From a virus (taxonomy: Duplodnaviria; Caudoviricetes): DNA of 30,269 nucleotides. Below the pieces are notes generated by a model that was given only the letters and a program-made list of their open reading frames with translations, did not search any database and had not been told where the DNA came from. The position numbers were made by a program, and so were the translations under genes. The stretch is from the IMG/VR virus record IMGVR_UViG_3300037751_000150, positions 1-30,269 of that record, one strand, 5' to 3'. The first letter of the stretch is position 1; each line of letters opens with the position of its first letter. Positions 24,795 to 30,269 of this stretch are shown here, one piece after another.

Positions 24795-27782
24795 TTATTT
24801 CTCCTTACCAGTGTGGTTGAACTTATTCGGTGGTGATTTGAAAAACTTACTTTGGTTTGGTGCAATTGTGAATTTAATTACTTTTGCCGCATTTATTACT
24901 AGAACAAATGCTGGGTTTGCAACAAGCAAGTAGACAGATTGGTTAACGGTTGATGAAACTAAATCATCACTAACCAGTGAATATTTAACATCTGACAGTT
25001 CTACAGCTTCTATAGTAGCAACATTTGTTAAATTGTCAATAGTCAGAGTGTATAAAGAACTGAGAGTTATTGATTCATTACTTGTGGTACTTTGTAAGTT
25101 ATTGACAATAAGTTGGACTAATGAACTAAGCGAGATAGTATCACTAGCGGTAAATGATGTTAGATTGTTAGCTACAAGGTTGTATATATGACTAATAGTG
25201 GCAGAACTAAGTTCACTGGTGCTAGCTAGGCTGTTTATAATCAACTCGATAAAATGCCTAAGTTGAATATTTTCTATACTTGTCACAGTAGCGAGATTGT
25301 TGAGAAGTAAGTTATATTTCGCATCTAAAGAAGCAATAGTAGTTGCTGTGGTTAAACTTTTAAGATTATTTATAACTAACGCAAGAGTTTCATCCAAGGA
25401 TAGATTATCAATAGTTGAATTAGAGAGTAAATTTGTTAACAAAAGATCATACTTGGAACTTAATGCGACTGTCTCTGTTGACCCAAGGCTTACAAGATCA
25501 TCAATGAGTAATTGCAAGTCAGAAATAAGATCAGTGTTATTAACTGTCGCTGATGAAACAAGAGAGTCTAGGAGCAAATTAAGTTTATGTACAAGTTCAG
25601 TATTATCAAGTGTTGTTGAACTACTAAGGTTACTGATAATTAACTGTAAACTTGCAACAAGGATGATATTATCAACTATTGAAGAAGATAGAACATTATT
25701 AAGACTTAAGTTATATTTATGCCCAAGCGAGACAATTGATGAATTAGTTGAACTCAGAAGATCATTAATTACCAACTGAACAAATGTACTTAACTCAATA
25801 TTCTCTAGAGAGACTACTGAGAGTGTGTCATTAATCGCAAGGTTGTACTTGTTCTCAAGAGCGAGTAAATCACTACTAGAGAGACTTCCTAAATTATCAA
25901 TGGCAAGTTGAAGTCCGAGTGCAAGAGAGATATTGTCGCTATTTGAAGCTGAAGCAAGATTGTCTAATGCTATTAAATAAGTATGACTTAATAATGGAGA
26001 ATCAACCGCGCCTAAAGAGGCAATGTCGTTCAATAGTAAGTTGTACTTATGCGTAACTGACATTGCATCGAGTTGAGTAGAAGATGCAATATGGTCAAGC
26101 AATAAACTATATTTAGAATTCAATAATAACGAATCAACTTGACTCTCGGAGAGACTGTTGTTAGATAGTAAATTATACCTATGGTCTACCAGTGCAGTAG
26201 AACCAAGTTGACTGGTTGATGCAAGACTATTGAGGAGTAAATTATACTTACTTTCCAATACCACTGGGTCAATTTGGTTGGATGATATAAGATCATTCAA
26301 GAATAAATTGTATTTATGCTCCAATACTGTGGCAGTAAGTTGACTGGTTGATGTAAGATCATCTAACAGTAAATTCAACCCGAAGTTTAATACCACCGAG
26401 TCAATCTGGCCAGCAGAAACAAGAGCATTTAGCAACAAATTATACTTATGACTAATTATTAATGAATCAACTTCCCCTGAAGAAGTGAGATTATTTAACA
26501 ACAAATTATATTTATGCTCAACAGTTAAAGAATCAACTTGTTCTATTGATGCAAGATTGTTTAACAACAAAGCATAACTAGAATTTAACACTAATGATTC
26601 AATTTGACCTGAAGATATAAGATCATTCAATAGCAAATTATACTTATGTGTTATTACTACTGGGTCAATTTGATTTGCAGAACTAAGATCATTTGAGAGT
26701 AAATCGTATTTATGACTCAATGTAACAGGATCAATTTGGCCACCAGAGATAATGTTGTTCAGGAGCAAATTATATTTATGCTCTACTGATAAAGAATCAA
26801 TCTGGTCGTCTGATGTAAGATCATCCAAGAACAAAGTATATTTATGGCTTACCGTCGTAGATTCAATTTGCCCACTAGAATCAAGACCACTTAACAACAA
26901 ATTATACTTATGCGTCAGTTCGGTATTACTTATAGATGTTGTTGAAGTTAAGTTATTTATCGTGAGTAAATATGCTGCTAAAAGACCGAGATTATCTACA
27001 CTACCCGGTGAGAGCAAATTACCTACAACAAGTGAAACTGCTGTACTTGCTTCAGGATAATCGACAAATTTAAACTCAGCAGAGCTAATAAAGTAACTAT
27101 CTTCAAATATAAATGACGGCCATTCTATATTTGCCAAAATACCCAATGAACTCAAATCTGCGGCGCTAAGTGTAATCAATGCCACGAGATTTACATTATC
27201 ACTGGTGGAAGTGCTAAGCACATCTAAGTCAGTAAGATCATACTTATCCGTAACACTCGGTTGTTCAATACTCCCAAGGCTAGTTAAATCATCTGGTTCT
27301 AAATCAGTCGTCACAATTACATCAGGAACTTCAAATTCAATTTGGGTAATTCGTCCTTCTTCACCTGAAACCCAGTTTGCAGTAATTGAAATAGACAAAG
27401 CGGAATAGTCAGTAATAGAATCCGCTTCAGCCGCTGAAAGAGTATACTCAAGTACAGTTGTATAACTACCACGATTTAATGTAATATTATTAGCTGCTGC
27501 AATAGTTGTCTCACCTTGTTTGAGCACCCAGTTAAATTTCTCTGGTCCGCCACTGCCACCAACAGATTCACCTACTATACGTAAAACATGCCCAGTGGAC
27601 ACAGTCGGATCAGTAACAGCAGATAGATTAACTTCTAAAGTACTACTACCTGCAGTTTCCGATGCATAGTCAGTATCACCATTTGCTGTGACTTCATCCA
27701 TACACTCATGGAGTGTTGCCGCATTAACTGCTGACCAACTACCGGAGGCAATAGTACCTGATGGGCGCGCAAATTGTGCCAT
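24795..27782 (-). CDS. 995-aa repeat protein: ~155-aa globular N-domain plus ~35 copies of a 22-aa repeat; putative fibre backbone
   Basis: SD GAGG; consensus HKYNLLLNxLxSxxQIDxxxLx visible throughout. Confidence 0.7.
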   Translation of the reverse strand: MAQFARPSGTIASGSWSAVNAATLHECMDEVTANGDTDYASETAGSSTLEVNLSAVTDPTVSTGHVLRIVGESVGGSGGPEKFNWVLKQGETTIAAANNITLNRGSYTTVLEYTLSAAEADSITDYSALSISITANWVSGEEGRITQIEFEVPDVIVTTDLEPDDLTSLGSIEQPSVTDKYDLTDLDVLSTSTSDNVNLVALITLSAADLSSLGILANIEWPSFIFEDSYFISSAEFKFVDYPEASTAVSLVVGNLLSPGSVDNLGLLAAYLLTINNLTSTTSISNTELTHKYNLLLSGLDSSGQIESTTVSHKYTLFLDDLTSDDQIDSLSVEHKYNLLLNNIISGGQIDPVTLSHKYDLLSNDLSSANQIDPVVITHKYNLLLNDLISSGQIESLVLNSSYALLLNNLASIEQVDSLTVEHKYNLLLNNLTSSGEVDSLIISHKYNLLLNALVSAGQIDSVVLNFGLNLLLDDLTSTSQLTATVLEHKYNLFLNDLISSNQIDPVVLESKYNLLLNSLASTSQLGSTALVDHRYNLLSNNSLSESQVDSLLLNSKYSLLLDHIASSTQLDAMSVTHKYNLLLNDIASLGAVDSPLLSHTYLIALDNLASASNSDNISLALGLQLAIDNLGSLSSSDLLALENKYNLAINDTLSVVSLENIELSTFVQLVINDLLSSTNSSIVSLGHKYNLSLNNVLSSSIVDNIILVASLQLIISNLSSSTTLDNTELVHKLNLLLDSLVSSATVNNTDLISDLQLLIDDLVSLGSTETVALSSKYDLLLTNLLSNSTIDNLSLDETLALVINNLKSLTTATTIASLDAKYNLLLNNLATVTSIENIQLRHFIELIINSLASTSELSSATISHIYNLVANNLTSFTASDTISLSSLVQLIVNNLQSTTSNESITLSSLYTLTIDNLTNVATIEAVELSDVKYSLVSDDLVSSTVNQSVYLLVANPAFVLVINAAKVIKFTIAPNQSKFFKSPPNKFNHTGKEK
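24920..27320 (-). repeat. Degenerate 66-bp (22-aa) coding tandem repeat, ~35 units
   Basis: AAATTATA(C/T)TTATG recurs at multiples of ~66 bp on the + strand; best conserved at ~25980-26915. Confidence 0.85.
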
Positions 27783-27791
27783 GATTAACCT

Positions 27792-29471
27792 CTACATGCT
27801 GAAAGTGCCGTCACAAGTTCCTATGTCGGACTCAGTTATACCTGAACAACTAGCGTCACCACCTGTACAATCATCATCAATCCCGTTGTCACAAATTTCA
27901 GTTTCGCCGGGATTAACATTGACATTGTTATCATTACAATCACCACTAATAGCAGTAAGATCAGCAGCGATGTAATAGTCAGTAGAACAAGCTGTCACAG
28001 GAGATTCATTCGTACCATCAGAGTACAAATCGCCATCAACGTCTTTGTAGCATGTAAATGTAGGATCGCCTGTATCACCTGCAAGGTCTTGCATGTAGAT
28101 TTCAATATTAGTATAACTTGCATCCAAAGTGAATGCGTTATTATCTGCCACAGATGAATTAGTTCCATTGGCACTTTCCCACGAATCAGGCATACCATCC
28201 GAGTCAGTATCAGTGGGATTATCACCAGCGGTTGAATATGTCGGCCAATCGTCAGGATAAGTTCTAGTTGTCACAGGTGCAACTGAAGTGCCATCTTTAT
28301 ATTCATCCTCAATCGCAGTATCAACAGAATCTTTCAATGGAATAGTCGCACCAGCTTGCTCGACTATAGTTGTCGCAAGAGTCTTAGTCATTGTTGCGTA
28401 AGGAAGTGAGACTTCAATAAAAAATGGGTCACTACTTTTATAACCTGAAGAAATAGCTGAGTCAGTGTATGAATTAGACACAAGCCATTCACCGGCATTA
28501 CCAGTACCGATTTGACTACCATCAGTATTTTTCTCACCAATGTTGCCAAGTAAGTACAACATTGCTTTTGCGGGAGTATAACTATACTCACCAACAATCA
28601 TAACTACCCAGTCTTGTCGGTTTGTAATTGGACCTTCTTTGGTGTAGTTATGAATCCAGTTTACTTGAATATCCCCGCTTATCTCAGGACGAAGGCCACC
28701 TTTCCAGTTATACGCGACGTTATTTGTTCCTTCGACAATGTAGGAATTGCCATTAGACAATGGGTTATATAACATCGGATTTCTATCTCTGTTTGATCCC
28801 ATGTAGTTTCGATACAAAGATACTTCAATATCTTCTTCATATTTACCACTGACCATAAGACCTTTTGCATGATCGGTTCCTGCACCATTTTTAGCTTCTT
28901 TAAGTGCATGTGCAATCAAACTATATTGAATAGTTGTATTAGTCGCCCCACCAGTTATGGAGAAAGTTTCATCTGTACCCCAAGTGAATGAACAATGGTC
29001 GATCATTACATTATAAACCGAATTCCCACCATTCCAATAAAACCCAAGTACATCAATACTGTCACCATCACTAGATGAACCTGTATAGGCATAACCACCA
29101 GACCTAATACGCATATGCCGCATGATGACATCATGAGTGGCTATGTTGAATTGTTTACCTGAAATAGAAATACCACCGGGAGAAGTTTGTCCAGCGATAG
29201 TTAGATATGGATTAGTCACAGTCAAGACAGAACTTAGACTAATATCCCCGCTGACAGCAAACACAATTGTCCTTGCGCCACTAGCAAGTGCAGCTTCACG
29301 AAAAGACCCTGTACCAGAGTCATTTAAATTAGTCACAGTGTAAACTGCGCCACCACGACCACCGACTGTTGATTTACCAACTCCAACAGCACCGGGGAAT
29401 GCATCTAGACTAAGTGCAAGCGAAGGAACCAGTAAAATCAAAGACAGAATAAATAACTTAACGACTCGCAC
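27792..29471 (-). CDS. Polysaccharide lyase family 1 (pectate lyase-like beta-helix) with Sec signal peptide and C-terminal MopE-like Asp/Cys metal-binding repeat
   Basis: GTG start with AAGGTG SD gives MRVVKLFILSLILLVPSLALS|LDAFPGA. Motifs: GGRGG.VY.VTNLNDSGTGSFREA, TIAGQTSPGGI, DGDSI, VMIDHCSFTWGTDE, RNP, DTDSDGMPDSWE, and DCNDNN..VNPGETEICDNGIDDDC.G. Confidence 0.88.
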   Translation of the reverse strand: MRVVKLFILSLILLVPSLALSLDAFPGAVGVGKSTVGGRGGAVYTVTNLNDSGTGSFREAALASGARTIVFAVSGDISLSSVLTVTNPYLTIAGQTSPGGISISGKQFNIATHDVIMRHMRIRSGGYAYTGSSSDGDSIDVLGFYWNGGNSVYNVMIDHCSFTWGTDETFSITGGATNTTIQYSLIAHALKEAKNGAGTDHAKGLMVSGKYEEDIEVSLYRNYMGSNRDRNPMLYNPLSNGNSYIVEGTNNVAYNWKGGLRPEISGDIQVNWIHNYTKEGPITNRQDWVVMIVGEYSYTPAKAMLYLLGNIGEKNTDGSQIGTGNAGEWLVSNSYTDSAISSGYKSSDPFFIEVSLPYATMTKTLATTIVEQAGATIPLKDSVDTAIEDEYKDGTSVAPVTTRTYPDDWPTYSTAGDNPTDTDSDGMPDSWESANGTNSSVADNNAFTLDASYTNIEIYMQDLAGDTGDPTFTCYKDVDGDLYSDGTNESPVTACSTDYYIAADLTAISGDCNDNNVNVNPGETEICDNGIDDDCTGGDASCSGITESDIGTCDGTFSM

Positions 29472-30267
29472 TGTTGTCACCTTTCGCCCAAATTGCACGA
29501 CTTGCGCCACCAGTCGATTTACTAGCAATATCCACACTTGAAGCAGAACAGTCAGTTACAAGCATGTAATAAGTTGCACCAGAACTACCGGGTTCAGCTT
29601 GATACGCGCCATTGAAGGCAGTACCATCAGATTCAATACACACGGCTACCATATAAGTATCCGTACCATTCAAAGTATAACTAACCGCTATGTCATACGC
29701 ATCCGGCTGGGCACCAGTTCCAACTTGAGCAGCGGAGTTATACACTCTTGTCCCAGTATCACCTGAGAGAGTGTATAGTTGAAAATATGCATCTGCACCA
29801 TTGTTGCTATAAGTATCAAAGTGCGCGTATGTAATACCACCAGTAGTTGCAGTCATTTCCGACCAAGTTAAAACACCTTGCGTCGTAGTATCGGCATTAA
29901 CTTGTCCACTAGCCAACGGGCCAGTTACAAGATCATTAATAGAACCAGTACCTGCACTGGGGTTATTCCAATTAGTCAAAGTCCAAGTATTCCAATCGCC
30001 ACTTGTGACACATGCATACCCAGTTGTGGTATCAAAAGCGTAATCACCAGCAGTGCAATCTTCGTCACTAAATGTTGGCGGTGTTGGAATATACTGGCTA
30101 CCACCAGAGCTAGTTGATCTAAGTTGCCAATCAGAACCGTCACAATAATACTGCGCATCACCCGTTGCACCACTAGATGCCCAAGCACCTTTAGTTGTGC
30201 TATCACAAGTTGAAGCTGGTGCAGTAGTGTTATAAGGGTTTACGTATTTATACCCATCTGCCGCAGT
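29458..30267 (-). CDS. Fibre-like / adhesin-like protein, 5'-truncated at the window edge
   Basis: The frame of track ORF 29458-29979 stays open to the window end (TAADGYKY...APASTCDSTTKGAW...YYCDGSDWQ...DCTAGDYAFDTTTGYACVTSGDWNTWTL). These G-x(n)-Y-x-C-x(n)-W modules resemble phage fibre knob repeats. Confidence 0.65.
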   Translation of the reverse strand, partial: TAADGYKYVNPYNTTAPASTCDSTTKGAWASSGATGDAQYYCDGSDWQLRSTSSGGSQYIPTPPTFSDEDCTAGDYAFDTTTGYACVTSGDWNTWTLTNWNNPSAGTGSINDLVTGPLASGQVNADTTTQGVLTWSEMTATTGGITYAHFDTYSNNGADAYFQLYTLSGDTGTRVYNSAAQVGTGAQPDAYDIAVSYTLNGTDTYMVAVCIESDGTAFNGAYQAEPGSSGATYYMLVTDCSASSVDIASKSTGGASRAIWAKGDNSASR

Positions 30268-30269
30268 GG

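Noticed and set aside
25980-26915. 66-bp periodic repeats as a possible CRISPR array or DGR repeat pair
   Set aside because: Repeats are degenerate, in frame and protein-coding; no unique spacers, cas genes, reverse transcriptase or adenine-specific variant pair seen
29472-29537. Track N-terminal extension of the lyase (MWILLVNRL...)
   Set aside because: Lies inside the upstream gene; the GTG at 29471 has an SD and gives a clean signal peptide
29976-30206. 76-aa minus-strand track ORF
   Set aside because: Overlaps, in another frame, the real ORF that is open from 29458 to the window end
1-30269. Stop-codon reassignment, introns or inteins
   Set aside because: Core genes (terL, portal, capsid, tape measure, gpJ, visible part of nrdJ) are uninterrupted and of normal length in code 11; TAA, TAG and TGA all act as stops

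Overview
The window is a segment of a tailed dsDNA phage genome (Caudoviricetes; long non-contractile tail inferred). From 1 to ~3820 (+ strand) it holds the 3' part of a class II (B12-dependent) ribonucleotide reductase and about ten small, often Cys-rich hypothetical genes. These end at a bidirectional terminator (3818-3864). The rest is one minus-strand late region. In transcription order it encodes: a truncated Cys-containing fibre-like protein; a signal-peptide-bearing PL1 pectate-lyase-like protein with a MopE-like tail; a 995-aa protein made of ~35 22-aa repeats; an unlisted 35-aa ORF; two small beta-rich structural proteins; TerL; portal; S49 protease with nested scaffold; decoration protein; major capsid; four head-tail/tail-completion genes; tail tube; frameshifted chaperones; tape measure; lambda-like M/L/K and fused I-J tail tip; an unknown; DUF1353; and a membrane-peptide/lipoprotein fusion. 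The most unusual part is the cassette upstream of terL (23935-30269). I infer it builds an accessory 'beads-on-a-string' virion fibre and includes an exported polysaccharide lyase. A short F-x-F-x-D motif is shared between the repeat protein and the tail tip. No endolysin, small terminase, integrase, tRNA or CRISPR array was recognised. All family assignments come from motif recognition by eye, not database searches.
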